This document shows positions 12,748-25,754 of a stretch of 64,000 bases of DNA, one piece after another; within the stretch, counting starts at the first letter, position 1, and each line of letters starts with the position of its first letter. The position numbers and the translations under genes are program-made. The notes beneath the pieces are model-generated. The model saw nothing but the letters and a program-made list of their open reading frames with translations. It searched no databases and had not been told where the DNA came from. The stretch comes from Malacoraja senta (Eukaryota), in the NCBI GenBank assembly GCA_038087875.1, contig CM075994.1:11162001-11226000 (forward strand), written 5' to 3'.

Positions 12748-14075
12748 AGACAATAGTTGCAGGAGAAGGCCATTCGGCTCTTCGAGCCAGCACCGCCATT
12801 CACTGTGATCATGGCTGATCATCCACAATCAGTACCCCGTTCCTGCCTTCTTCCCATTTCCCTTGACTCCACTATCTTTAAGAGCTCTATCTAACTCTCT
12901 CTTGAAAGCATCCAGAGAATTGGTCTTCACTCAGTTCTGAGGCAGAGAATTCCACAGATTCACAACTCTCTGGGTGAAAAAACTTTTCATCATTTCCGTT
13001 CTAAATGGCCTACCCCTTATTCTTAAACTGTGGCCCCTTGTTCTGGAATCCAGCAACATCTGGAACATGTTTCTTGACTCCAGCGTGTCCAATCCCTAAA
13101 TAATCGTATATGTTTCAATAAGACCCCCCCCCCCCATCCTTCTAAATTCAAGAGTGTACAAATCCAATCGCTGCATTCTAACAACACATGACAGTCACGC
13201 CATCCCAAGGATAAACATCGTGAACCTATGCTGCACTTGTTCAATAGCACGAATGTCCTTCTTCAAATTAGGGGACCAATACTGCACACAATACTCCAGG
13301 TGTGGTCTCACTAGGGCCCTGTACAACTGCTGAAGGACCTCTTTGCTCCTATACTCAACTCTTCTTGTTATGAAGGCCAACATGCCATTAGCTTTCTTCA
13401 CTGCCTGCTGTACCTGCATGCTTACTTTCATTGACTGATGAACAAGGACACCCAGATCTCGTTGTACTTCCCCTTTTCCTAACTTGACACCATTTAGATA
13501 AAAATCTGCCTTCCTGTTCTTGCGACCAAAGTGGATAACCTCATACTTATCCACATTAAACTGCATCTGCCATGCATCTGCCCACTCAAATAACCTGTCC
13601 AAGTCACTGCATTCTCATAGCATCCTCCTCACAGTTCACTGCCACACAGCTTTGTGTCATCTGCAAATTTGCTAATATTACTTTTAATCCCTTCATCTAA
13701 ATCATTAATGTATATTGTAAATATCTGCGGTCTAAGCACCGAAACTTGCCGTACCCCACTAGTCACTGCCTGCCATTCTGAAAGGGTCCCGTGAATCCCT
13801 ATTCTTTGTTTCCTGTCTGCCAACCAATTTTCTATCCATGTCAGTACCCTACCCCAATACCATGTGCTCTAATTTTGCCCACCAATCTCCTATGTGGGAC
13901 CTTATCAAAGGATTTCTGAACGACCAGGTACAATACGTCCACTAGCTCTCCCTTGTCCATTTTCCTAGATACATCCTCAGAAAATTCCAGAAGTTTAGTC
14001 AAGTATGATTTCCCCTTCATAAACCAATGCTGACTTCGGACCGATCCTGTTACTGCTATCCAAATGTGCCGCTAT
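12748..14075 (-). mobile_element. CR1 LINE 3' half
   Basis: ORFs 13195-13602 and 13629-13823 (FADDTKL, LEYCVQYWSP). Confidence 0.95.
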
Positions 14076-14275
14076 NNNNNNNNNNNNNNNNNNNNNNNNN
14101 NNNNNNNNNNNNNNNNNNNNNNNNNNNNNNNNNNNNNNNNNNNNNNNNNNNNNNNNNNNNNNNNNNNNNNNNNNNNNNNNNNNNNNNNNNNNNNNNNNNN
14201 NNNNNNNNNNNNNNNNNNNNNNNNNNNNNNNNNNNNNNNNNNNNNNNNNNNNNNNNNNNNNNNNNNNNNNNNNNN
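14076..14275. other. Assembly gap (200 N)
   Basis: N run. Confidence 1.
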
Positions 14276-17200
14276 CCGGGAGAAAACCTGGAGATATCAC
14301 GGGAAGAACGTACAACCCCCGTACAGACAGCACCTGTAGTCAGGACTCTGAACCCGGCGCTGTGAGGCAGCAACTCTGCCGCTGCGCTACATGCCGGGCG
14401 CCAGAGGTAACGTGGATGAATCTCACCAAAGAACCGGAGCTGTCAGCGGCGCGGTAACCCATCCGGATCCCATTGCGGACCGGCCGAGACACGAGGAACT
14501 GCAGATGCTGGTTTACATATCAAGACACTTAGTGCTGGAGTAACTGAGCGGGTCAGGCAGCATCTGTGGAGAATATGGATAGGTGATATTTCTGGTCGGG
14601 ACCCTTCTTCAGACTGATTGTGGTGGTGGAGGGGGGGGGGGGTGGGGGCTGGAAGAGAGATGAGGATAGGATAAATTATAGCGATAAAGGTGGGGGTGAG
14701 GCGTTTTGGCAGGTGAATGGTTGGACAGAGATGTAAAGAGAAAAATGTGTGAGATAAGGAGGAACGCATTCAGAAGCCTGAGGAAGGAATAAAAGTGGAA
14801 GGTGCCGGGGAGGGGAATGCAGGTGGGACAAGGGGGGAGCAAGGAGAAGAAGGGGTTTGTTTGTAATTTAGTTACCTTTCGAGATACCGCATAGAAACAG
14901 GCCCTTCGGCCCACCGAATTTGTACCGAACATCGATCATCCATTCACTCTAGTTATATTTATGCTATTACCTACAATTTGATAATTGCCGACAGATTGTA
15001 ATGTATCTAAATGAACACGAGATGCTGTTCCTCCAGTTTCCTCCAGTTTCCTCCAAGTTTACTCCTTCACATCGTCAACAAGTGTTGGGCAGGCGACCGT
15101 TTACTCCAACACTTGCGCTCGGTCTGTCCAGGTCTGCTGGATCTCCCATCTTACCTCCCCTTCCCCATTCCCACACTGACTTTTCTGTTCTGTGCCTCCT
15201 CCATTACCAGAGTGAGGCCATACGCTTAGATAGCTTACAACATTAAATTTCTCCCATTTTAAGTAACTAATGTACATCCCTCCCTTCGCCCATCCGCGCC
15301 TCTCTTGCCTGTATTCCACTTGGGTTTGCACCCATTTATCCCCTTCTCTACCGCCCCCCCCCCGGCCACCCGCCACAACCTATATCCCATCCTCTGGCTT
15401 CACATTTCTCCCATCAGAGCTCTAGGGCTAGTGGTATCAAGGGATATGGGGAGAAGGCAGGCACGGGTTATTGATTGGGGACGATCAGCCATGATCGCAA
15501 TAAATGGCGGTGGCTTGCTCGGTGGGCCGAATGGCCTCCTCCTGCACCTGTTTTCTATGTTTCATATCTCACACTTTCATCTCTGGCCTTTATCCAACCA
15601 TTTGCTAATCAAAAAATATCTGTCTCCCCGGTACCCACCTATCACTCGCCAGACTTTGTCCAGCCCTTCTCCTCTTCCAGCTCCCCCCCACCCCACCACC
15701 ACAACCACCAGCATCACTATCAGTCTCAATATGTCTCTTGAAAGGTCGCCTATCCACCTTCTCCACAGATGCCGTCTGATCCACTGAGTTACTCCAGTAC
15801 ACATTGACTTTTTTCGCGTTTCCCAGTCCCGGTGCTGTGTCTCGGCACAAACCATCCCAGAAGTCTCCCCCACAGATGCTGCTCGACTTGCTGAGTCCAG
15901 ATCGCAGCACCCGGTATATATGGGGGTGGACGGATTCCGGCCCCGGCAGCAGCCTCGGCCAATGAGCCTCCACGCACCAACCCTCCACCTCCGGGCTGAC
16001 CCGCTCAGCGAGGGGCGGGGGTGACCGCTCTCCGGCGGTGGGAGTGGGTTGCAGTGGAGGGGAGAGAGATGGAGAGGCCGGGATGGAGGGAGCGTGAACA
16101 GACACAGAGAAAGGGAGGAAGAGAAAGATAGAGAGGGGGGGCGGGGAGATAGAGACAGAGAGAGAGGGGGGTGGGGAGAAAGAGGGACGGAGAGAGACCT
16201 ACAGACAGACGCCCTCTGGTCACTGTGAGAGTCTACAAATGAGCTCAAACCAGAAACCAGTTTAAGTGAAAATCTCGTTTATTGCACTGAAGTGGAATTA
16301 AACTGGAAGTGGGCGCTGAAAACTGGGGCGCCCAGACCCTGCACTGGCGGATGCACGACCCCCTCCCCTCCCCACCCCATCCCACACACTCACTCCCCCT
16401 TCCCTCCACACACTCACCCCATCCCTTCCCCGCACTCACCACACACCCTCCCCTCACTCACCACCCACCCTCCCCTCACTCACCACCCACCCTCCCCACA
16501 CTCACCACCCACACACACCACACCCACTACTTTCCCAACTGTCACCTTCCCTTCCGTCCATTCACTCGCTTTCCACCCCTCCCCCTCCTCACCCTCACTA
16601 TCTGCCCCCTCGCTATCCCCTCCCCCTCCACCCCCCCACAATCCCCACACTCACTATCCCCCCTCACTCAATAGTCATAGCCATAGATTAATAGTGTGGA
16701 AACAGGCCCTTCAGCCCAATTCGCCCACTCCGGCCAACAATGTCCCAGCTACCCTAGCCCCACTTGCCCGCGCTTGGTCCATAACCCTCCAAACCTGTCC
16801 CTATCCATGTACCTGTCCAACTGTTTCTTATACGATGGGATAGTCCCAGCCTCAATTACTTCCCTCTGGCTTGTTCTATACACCCACCTCCCTCTGTGGG
16901 AAAAAGTGCTTCTCAGATTCCTATTAAATCTATTCCCCTTCACCTTGAACCTATTATCCTCTGATCCTCGATTCCCCTACTCTGGGTAAAAGACTCTGTG
17001 CATCTACCCGATCTATTCCTCTCATGATTTTATACACCTCTATAAGATCTCCCCTCATCCTCCTGCGCTCCATGGAATAGAGACCCAGCCTACTCAACCT
17101 CTCCCTATAGATCACACCCTCTAGTCCTGGCAACATCCTCGTAAATCTTTTCTGAACCCTTTCCAGCTTGACAATATCTTTCCCATAACATGGTGCCCAG

Positions 17201-18271
17201 AACTGAACTCAATTTTCTAAATGCGGTCTCACCAACTTCTTATACAACTGCAACATGACCTCCCAACTCTTATACTCAATACCTGACTAATGAAGACCAA
17301 AGTGCCAAAAGCTTTTTGACCACCTTATCTACCAGCGACTCGACTTTCATGGAACCATGCACCTGTACTCCTAGATCCCTCTGCTCTACAACACTACCCA
17401 GAGGCCTACCATTTACTGTGTAGGTTCTGCCCTTGTTCGACGTCCCAAAATGCAACACCTCACACTTCTCTGCATTAAATTCCATCATCCTTTCCTCAGC
17501 CCACCTGGCCAATCGATCTAGATCCTGCTGCACCGTTCACAACCATCTTCACTATCTGCAAAAACCACTAACTTCTCCGCCCTCATTCTCCCTCATCTAA
17601 CTCGCTGACTCACTACCCCCCCCTCCTCTCCTCGGTCTGCACTATCAACATCTCTCTCCTTCTCCATCACACTTCCATGACCCTCAACACCTCTTCACTC
17701 TCTCCCTTCCACCCCAACTGCCCACCCTGTCCCTCCTTGTTTCCCCGCCCCACTCATTCTCTTCCTCCCTCATTGCCCCCCTTCTCCCTCCCTCCGTCCC
17801 CTCTCTGTCTCCCCACTCTCTCTCTCCCTGTGTCCCTACCCCTACTCCCCCCCGGTCGCTCCCCGCTCCCCGTTGGTGAACTTCCGCAGCACCATGCGGG
17901 AGTAGCAGCCGCCGAGCTCCATCAGCTGATGGTGAGTGCCCCGTTCCACCACACGGCCGCCCTCCAGCACCACGATCCTGTCCGCCCGCTGCACTGTCTT
18001 CAGCCGATGGGCGATCACCAGCGCTGCGGCCGCCGGCTCACGCGCCATGGCCCGCTGGATCTGCGGAAAGCGGAGTTTAGTCAGAGCCTGCCCCGTACCC
18101 GCGGCCACCCCAACCCCGCCCGCCCACCTGCGCAAATCCCACACCCGTCCGGCGCCGGCCCACATCGCCCGGCCGCTGGTAGACACCGTCGCGCTGGGAG
18201 ACGGATTGGGGTAGAGTGGGGGAAAGAGCGGGGGGGGGGGGGGGGGGGAGGGGGGGGTGTTGATGGAGGAG
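14276..18271 (-). repeat. Right arm of the inverted duplication; begins exactly at the gap edge
   Basis: Reverse complement of 3156-7154. Homology ends at gtgttgatggaggag, where a CR1 fragment starts. Confidence 0.95.
17842..18060 (-). CDS. TAP2: TAP2 terminal coding exon ([47 protein letters not shown]...GGE*)
   Basis: Acceptor ctttccgcag, H-loop AHRL, TAG stop. Confidence 0.9.
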   Translation of the reverse strand: MQRAMAREPAAAALVIAHRLKTVQRADRIVVLEGGRVVERGTHHQLMELGGCYSRMVLRKFTNGERGATGGE

Positions 18272-18950
18272 TCTAACATGGGCAGGGCCTTCACGGTGAA
18301 TGGTAGGGCTCTTGACGAGTGTTGAAGAGCAGAGGGATCTAGGATTGCAGTTGCATGGTTCGTTGAAGGTGGTGTCGCAGGTAGATAGGGTGGTCAAAAA
18401 GGCTTTTGGCACATTGGCCTTCATCAGTCAGAGTATTGAATATAGAAGTTGGCAAGTCATGTTGCAGTTGTATTAGACATTGGTGAGGCCGCATTTGGAG
18501 TACTGTGTTCAGTTCTGGGCACCTTGTATAGGAAAGATGTTGTTAAGCTGGAAAGGGTACAGAGAAGATTTACGATGAATTTGCCAGGGCTAGAGGGTCC
18601 GAGCTGAAGGGAGAGGTTGAGTAGGCTGGAGTGCAGAAGGCCGAGGTGATCTTTTATGTATAAAATCATGAGAGGAATAGATCGGGTAGATGAACAGAGT
18701 CTCTTCCCCAGAGTAGATAAATCGAGTGTCAGAGGATTTAGGTTTAAGATGAAGGGGGAAAGATTAAATAGGAGCCCGCGGGCTAGCTTTTTCGCACAAA
18801 GGGTGGTGGGTATGGAACGCGCTGCCAGAGGAGGTAATTTCGGCAGGGACTATCCCAACGTTTAAGAAACAGAGAGACAAGTACATGGAAAGGTCAGGTT
18901 TGGTGGGATATTTACCAAACGCGGGCAGGTGGGATGCGTGTAGCTGGGAT
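18272..18950 (+). mobile_element. CR1 LINE 3' fragment in the last TAP2 intron
   Basis: [19 protein letters not shown]. Confidence 0.9.
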
Positions 18951-19315
18951 ATGTTCAAAAGATCATGTGATAGGAGCAGAATTAGGCTATTCTGCCCATC
19001 AAATCTACTCCGCCATTCATTCATGGGCGGTCCGTGGTTGGGTAATGGTGGGTGGGCAGCAGGTGAATGGGGGGGGGTGAGCGGGTGTGGGCGGGAGAAT
19101 GGTTGGGGACGATGTCTGGGGTTGGGTAGTGGTGGGTGGGGAGGGGGCGCAGGTGGTTGGGGGATGTGTAGATGTGGGTGAGGGTGAGTGGGGCAAGTAG
19201 ATGAGACAACAGCGTGACTGAGCTGACAGTGAGCGTTTGTTCCCCAGAGCTCAGCCCACATTGACGTGCACACGGTGACTGAGCGGCGCGCTGTGGGCAG
19301 GCGGCAGCTGCTCAC

Positions 19316-19452
19316 CGATAGCTCGGTGTGTGTGTCTAAGGAGCTGGTGGCCTCGTCCAGGACCAGAATCCGCGGCTGCCGGACCAGGGCGCGGGCGATA
19401 GCGATCCGCTGCTTCTGTCCTGCCGAGATCAGCCCGCCGGCCTCGCCCACAT
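19316..19452 (-). CDS. TAP2: TAP2 signature/Walker B exon ([45 protein letters not shown])
   Basis: 137 nt, gagcag acceptor, gtgagc donor. Confidence 0.93.
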
Positions 19453-19528
19453 CTGCTCAACGGAGAGACGCCGTTACTAACAACACAGCGAGTGTCCTCA
19501 CGGGCAGAGTGCGGTCACACACAGTGCG

Positions 19529-19810
19529 TGGTCCCCAGTGGAGGTCTATCCATAAGGGATAAGGGTGTCCTTCCCCTTTACATCGGGGACCTGGGGTGGA
19601 GAGTGTTGCACAGGGCTGTGGTGTGTAATACATATTTGACTCAGTTGAGGGACTCGCCAGCCGCCTGTAACTTCTGTGGTGAGGAAGAGACCGTGTTTAC
19701 GTGTATATGGAGTGTGAGAGGTTGCAGCCCCTGTATGAATATCCATGAATGCTGGTCACTGCGGGGGGTTGAGTGCATAAAGATGGCACTATTGTATTAT
19801 AATGATTGCC
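19529..19810 (+). mobile_element. Tx1/L1-clade non-LTR 3' fragment
   Basis: PQWRS; LPLYIGDLGWRVLHRAVVCN; C.FCGEEETVF zinc-knuckle-like region, homologous to 54900-55060. Confidence 0.75.
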
Positions 19811-20029
19811 TGATGTATTGCGACTGCTGAAAGTCTTCGTAACTTCTGCTACACTGTAAATTGCAAATACTGAACCAAGTCCTTGTTAAGAAGGACAAAA
19901 ATAAGAGCGCGGTCCCGTGGACGGTGTGCGTGCCACAGACTTCGAGGTCACACGACGGCGCAAACCATGCCACTGCTGCCGCTGCGTCACAGCAGAGACG
20001 GCACCATTCCTTGAGCACAGGACCCTGGT

Positions 20030-20440
20030 GATGCCCACGCTGGGACCATAGTGATCACACCCTGGTGAACTGCACATTAGGACTGTATTCATCATACCAT
20101 GGTGATGACCACACGAGGACTATAGCGATCAGACCCTAGTGAGTCCCACACGAGTATAGTAATCAGACTCCAGTGAACTGCACACTAGAACTGTAGCGAT
20201 CAGAACCTGGTGATTCCCACACTAAGGCTATATTGACTCCCACACGAGTATAGTGATCAGACGCTGGTGAACTGCACACAGGGACTGCAGTGATCAGACC
20301 CAGGTGATTCCCACACGAGTATAGTGATCAGACTCCAGTGAACTGCACACTAGGACTACAGCGATCAGACCCTGATGATTCGCACACTAAGCCTTATGTG
20401 ACTCCCATACTAGTATAGTGATCAGACCCCGGTGATTTAA
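20030..20440. repeat. ~31-33 bp minisatellite
   Basis: tagtgatcagaccctggtga(a/t)..cacac unit repeated about 12 times. Confidence 0.85.
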
Positions 20441-20566
20441 ATTACTGACTCCACCTGCCACTGTGGTGCCCCATTGTGCCAGTCCCCTGTAGCCGGCACT
20501 GGGCAGTGCCGGGGTGCCACGGCCAGGAGGGCTCCCAGACCCTCTCCCGGAGCGCTGTGACTGTAC

Positions 20567-20725
20567 CTGCGTCGAAGCCCTGGTCCATCCTCTCGATGAA
20601 GTCCCGTGCGCTGGCACTCTGGGCAGCAGCTTCCACGTCTGCCTGCGGGCAGTGCTCCAACCCGTAGCGGATGTTGTCCCGCACCGATAGGGCAAAGAGT
20701 GTCGGCTCCTGACCCACGAGCGCCA
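20567..20725 (-). CDS. TAP2: TAP2 Q-loop exon (VALVGQEPTLFALSVRDNIRYGL...MDQGFDA); one G missing at the acceptor/exon junction
   Basis: Reads cacagTGGCG where cacag|GTG GCG is needed for phase 0. Donor gtacag. Confidence 0.88.
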
Positions 20726-20764
20726 CTGTGGAGAAGTGACAGCAGCTGCCTCAGGGAGCTGGCA

Positions 20765-21410
20765 CCACATGGGCACAGTGTACACGTGGCACATGGGGTT
20801 GGCACTGAGTGTACACGTGTAGCATGGGGCACTGAGTGTACACGTGTCACATGGGGTGGCACTGAGAGTACATGTGTCACATGGGGGCATGCCTTGTACA
20901 TGTGTCACACGGTGGGTGGCACTGAGTGTACACGTGTCACATGGGGGCACAGTGTGTACACATGTCACACGGCGGCATGCCTTGTATATGTGTCACACTG
21001 GGGGTGGGACTGAGTGTACACGTATCACATGGGTGCACACTATACACGTGTCACACACGGCGTGGCATCGAGTGTAGACGTGTCGTATGGGGGCACTCTG
21101 TTCACACATGTCACATGGAGGGTGGCACTGAGTGTACACGTGTCACACGGGCACACTACATGTGTCACACATAGGGTGGCACTGAGTGTGGACACTTGCC
21201 ACACAGGGGCATTGTGTACATGCATCACACGGGGGCACACTGTGTACATGTATCACACGGGGGGGGAGGTACTGTGCGTACACGTATCAGTTGGGGATAC
21301 ACTGTGTACACGCCACATGTTGGCTCTGAGTGCGCAAATGTGTCACACAGGGGCACTGAATGTCTACACGGCACAAGATGGCACAGTGTGTACATGTATC
21401 ACACAAAGGT
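20765..21410. repeat. Minisatellite of ggcactgagtgtacacgtgtcacatggg-like units
   Basis: Tandem ~28-31 nt units filling the intron between two TAP2 exons. Confidence 0.85.
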
Positions 21411-21562
21411 ACAAAACACTATCCACTCACCCCCCACTCACTGTCCTGACCCACCCCTCATTGACCACTGACAACCCCTTCACTGCCCTTTGACACCCCC
21501 GCACTGACCCCTCACTGTCCCAGTGTAACCCCCATGTGTCCTGACCCTCAGTTCCCCCTGAC

Positions 21563-21736
21563 CTTGCTGTGGTAGTACTTGTGCTCGTACTCCTCGATGG
21601 GCCGCCCGTCCAGCAGGATGTGGCCTGACTGAGGCTCGTACAAACGCTGCAGGAGGCTGACGCAGGTGGTCTTCCCCCCTCCCGAGGGTCCCACCAGGGC
21701 CGTCACCTCCCCGGCCCGCACCTCGAATGACACGTC
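21563..21736 (-). CDS. TAP2: TAP2 Walker A exon (DVSFEVRAGEVTALVGPSGGGKTT...YEHKYYHSK)
   Basis: 174 nt, ttgcag acceptor, gtcagg donor, GPSGGGKT P-loop. Confidence 0.93.
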
Positions 21737-22507
21737 CTGCAAACACAGAGGAAGAGTGAGCAATAGAACAAAGCCCCCACTCCCTGCGATGTTGCCAGCA
21801 ACCCCGTGCCCAAGGATAGGTGACCCTCTCTCCCTCCACCACACCCTCCTCTCCCCATCCCCCTTCGCTCCCAACAGCCTTTCACCAGGACCTGACCCAT
21901 GGACCGGACCGGGGACTCTGGCGGTGGCCTGGGACACAGAGATCAGTGTGCGAATGGGAAGTGGAGTTATAATGGCTGAAAGCTGGGAGATCCAGCAGAG
22001 CTGGTTGGAACGAGAGCAAGTGTTCAGCGAAACCTGGTCACCAGTGAAATGGCCCTCTTTCCATTCTCACACTGACCTTCTGTCCTGTGCCTCCTGCATT
22101 GCCACAGTAAGGCCACACACAAACCGAAGGAACAGCACCTCATGTTCCACATAGATAGCTTACAGCCTAACAGTACTGAATTCACCAATTTTTGGTAACA
22201 AACATGCAACATCCCACTGCCCTCCCTGCCCCACTTCCTCTATCTCCTTCCACCTATATCTCTTCCTCTGCTTCACATTTTGTGCTTTTTATCTTCCTCC
22301 CATCTCTGGCCTGTGTCCACCCATCTGCCATCAAACCTCCCCCACTCGCCTATATCCACCTATCACTTACCAGGCTTTGTCCCACCTACTGCCCTTCCAG
22401 CTTTCTCTCCCCTATTACAATTAGTCTGAAGAAGGGTGCTGACCCGAAACATCACCTATACATATCCAGAGATGCTGCCTGACCCGCTGAGATACTCCAG
22501 CACTTTA

Positions 22508-22640
22508 AAGGGCCTGTCCCACTTGGGCGTTATTTGCGTCTCATTTACGCGACATCATTTACGCGTCATGACGCACGACGCGTAACGCGCGCATGGCATG
22601 CATTACGCGCGCATGGCGCATGGTGAGACGTGGTGTCGTA
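22508..22640. mobile_element. One end of a putative non-autonomous DNA transposon (MITE-like), truncated by CR1
   Basis: ttaaagggcctgtcccactt terminus followed by CpG-rich acgcg repeats; the partner TIR was not seen. Confidence 0.4.
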
Positions 22641-23737
22641 GGCAGTGACAGGAAGCAAAGAGTAGGAGTGAACGGGTCCTTGGGTGAATGGCAGGCAGTT
22701 GCGAGTGGAGTGCCGCAAGGCTTTGTGTTGGGGTGCAACTGTTTACCATATATATTAATGATTTGGAAGAGGGAATCAGGAGCAACACTAGCAAGATTGC
22801 GGAGGACACGAAGCTGGGTGGCAGTGTGAACTGGGAAGAGGATGTTAGGAGGTTGCAGGGTGACCTGGACAGGTTGAGTGAGTGGGCAGATGCGTGGCAG
22901 ATGCAGTATAATATAGATAAATGTGAGGTTATCCACTTTGGCGGCAAAAACAAGGGGGCAGATTATTATCTCAATGGGGTTAGGTTAGGTTAGGTAAGGG
23001 AGAGGTACAGCGAGACCTGGGTGTCCTTGTGCACCAGTCAGTGAAAGTTGGTGTGCAGGTACAGCAGGCAGTGAAGAAAGCTAATGGAATGTTGGCCTTC
23101 ATAACAAGAGGATTTCAGTATAGGAGTAAAGAGGTTCTTCTGCAGTTGTACAGGGCTCTGGTAAGACCACAACTGGAGTATTGTGTACAGTTTTGGTCTC
23201 CTAATTTGAGGAAGGACCTTGTGATTGAGGCAGTGCAGCGTAGGTTCACGAGATTGATCCCTGGGATGGCGGGACTGTCATATGAGGAAAGATTGAAAAG
23301 AGTAGGCTTGTATTCACTGGAGTTTAGAAGGATGAGGGGATATTTATAGAAACATATAAAATTATAAAAAGGAGTGGACAAGCTAGATGCAGGAAAAATG
23401 TTCCCAATGTTGGGCGAGTCCAGAACCAGGGGGCCACAGTCTTAGAATAAAGGGGAGGTAATTTAAGACTGAGGTGAGCAAAACCTTTTCACCCAGAGAG
23501 TTGTGAATTTGTGGAATTCCCTGCCACGGAGGGCAGTGGAGGCCAAATCACTGGATGGATTTAAGAGAGAGTTAGATAGAGCTCTAGGGGGCTAGTGGAT
23601 TCAAGGGATATGGGGAGAAGGCAGGGACGGGTAATTGATTGGGGACGATCAGCCATGATTACAATGAATGGCGGTGCTGGCTCGAAGGGCCGAATGGCCT
23701 CCTCCTGCCCCTATTTTCTATGTTTCTATGTTTCTAT
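22641..23737 (+). mobile_element. CR1 LINE 3' half with (tttctatg)n tail
   Basis: ORFs 22688-22993 and 23029-23349. Confidence 0.95.
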
Positions 23738-24545
23738 GCCCTCGGGTCCTGGCAACATCCTCATCAATCTTCTTTGCACCCATTCCAGCTTAACAATATA
23801 TTTCCGATACCAGAGTGAACAAAAGTGAACACAATACACCAAGTGCGGCCTCTCCTGTGTCTTGCACAACTGTAACATAACCTCCCGACTTCCATACTTC
23901 ATACTCTGACTGATGAAGGCCAATGTGCCGCAAGCCTTCTTGGCCACCCTCTCTACCCGTATCACCACTTTCAAGGAACTATGTATCTGCACTTCCAAAT
24001 CCCTCTGCTCTACAATGCTCACAGAGCACCAACCAGTCACTGTGTAGGTTCTGCCCTAGTTAGACTTTCCATAAAGCAACACCTTACATGTATCACATAA
24101 AACATGATTTGTCATTGGTATAGATGACAAACAGCAAAGCGGCGGCAAGTAAGAATGTCCTTGTTCCTTTGGTGGTACATGTTCATTAGTGATAGGAACA
24201 TAATTAGGCTATTCGGCCCACCAAGTCTACTCCCCCATTCAAACATGCCTGATCTATTTTTTCCTTTTCATCCCATTCTCCTGCCTTCGCCCCATAAGCT
24301 CTGCCACCCATACTAATCAAGAATCCATATCTGCCTTAAACATATCCATTGATGGCCTCCACAGCCTTCGGTGGCAATGAATTCCACAGATTCACCACCC
24401 TCTGACTGAAGTAATTCCTCCTCACCTCCTTCCTAAAGAAATATCCTTTAATTCTGAGGCTATGACCTCTGGTCCTAGACTCTGCCATGAATGGAACATC
24501 CTCTCCGCATCCACTTTATCCAAGCCTGTCATTATCCAGTACGTT
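23738..24545 (-). mobile_element. Two CR1 3' fragments
   Basis: ORF 23726-24040, plus a reverse CR1 tail from 24190. Confidence 0.8.
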
Positions 24546-24689
24546 TCTCTACGCAGGTACCTGTGACAACTAAACACTTGTGACTTTTCATGCAGCTTCA
24601 GGTGTTTAACTCCAGGGTGCTACACAGTGGCAAGTTCTGGTTGTGGTGGAAATGTCCTTTCTTCAGCATTGACCCTGGGCTGACTGGGA

Positions 24690-25500
24690 TGTCCTGTGTG
24701 TTTACTGTCCACACCTGATCCCTGGGTACATTGGGCACAAGCGATACACATACCCCAGTTTGCATTGATGGCGCCAAAGTAGAGATGGTTGAAAACTTCA
24801 AATTCCTATGGGGTTAATATCACCAACAACTTCTCCTGGACCACCCATATTGAAGTAACAACCAATAAAGCACACCAACTCCTCTACATCCTTAGAAGTT
24901 TTAGGAAGTTTGGCATGTCCCCTACAACTCTCACCAACCTGCACAAATGCACCATAGAAAATATTTTATCAGGATGCATGACAGTTTGGTTTGGGAACAG
25001 CTCCATCCAAGACCTCAAGAAATGTCAGCTAAATCAGCCCAAACCATCACACAAACCAACCTCCCTTCCATTGACTCCATGTATACCTCACTCTGCCTTG
25101 ACAAGGCCAGCAGCATAATCAAGGACAACTTGCACCCTGGCCACTCTATCTTCTCCCTCTCCCATCGGGCAAAAGGTATAGAAGTGTGAAAACGCACACC
25201 TCCAGATTCAGGATCAGTTTCTTCCCAGCTGTTATCAGGCGACTGAATCATCCTACCACAACCAGAGAGCAGCGCTGAACTACTATCTACCTCCTTGGAG
25301 ACTCTCACTATCCTGGATTGGACTTTGCTGGCTTTATCTTGCACTAAACGTTATGTCCTTATCATGTATCTATACACTGTAAATGGGTCGATGGTAACCA
25401 TGTATTGTCTTGCTGTTGACTGTTAGCACGCAACAAAAGCTTTTCACTGTGGAGGCCAATATTTCACTATACCTCGGTACACGTGACAATAATAAACTAA
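24690..25500 (+). mobile_element. Rex1/Babar-like LINE 3' fragment
   Basis: SWTTHI...KAHQLLYILRSFRKFGMSPTTLTNLHKCTIENILSGCMTVWFGN. Confidence 0.75.
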
Positions 25501-25519
25501 TTAACCATCGTGACATTAC

Positions 25520-25708
25520 CTGTAAAACTTGGACGTCGGGCTTCGTTGGGTAGGAGAAAGACACATCCTTGAACTCCAGGTGACCCTGCAGAGATTCTGG
25601 CACCAATGTCCCGTCAGTGCGAACACTGGGCTCACGGTCGAGGTATTCAAAGACTTTCTCCGCTGCTCCCACAGAATGGGTCATTTCCGAGTACATGCGG
25701 ATAAGAGT
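25520..25708 (-). CDS. TAP2: TAP2 exon (TLIRMYSEMTHSVGAAEKVFEYLDREP...FKDVSFSYPTKPDVQVLQ)
   Basis: 189 nt, cacag acceptor, gtaatg donor, open frame. Confidence 0.93.
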
Positions 25709-25754
25709 CTGTGCAGTGAGAAAGCGGTGATCATGGGGGACACTGGGATAAGGC

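Larger units (their letters stand above)
8105..12870 (+). repeat. Diverged segmental duplication, inverted partner of ~39209-44810
   Basis: Shared unique anchors: 8417-8660 vs 44290-44540; 9020-9130 vs 43910-44030; 12380-12870 vs 39209-39700. Confidence 0.85.

Noticed and set aside
13995..14373. ORFs spanning N runs (also 38492-39272)
   Set aside because: Artefacts of translating through assembly gaps.
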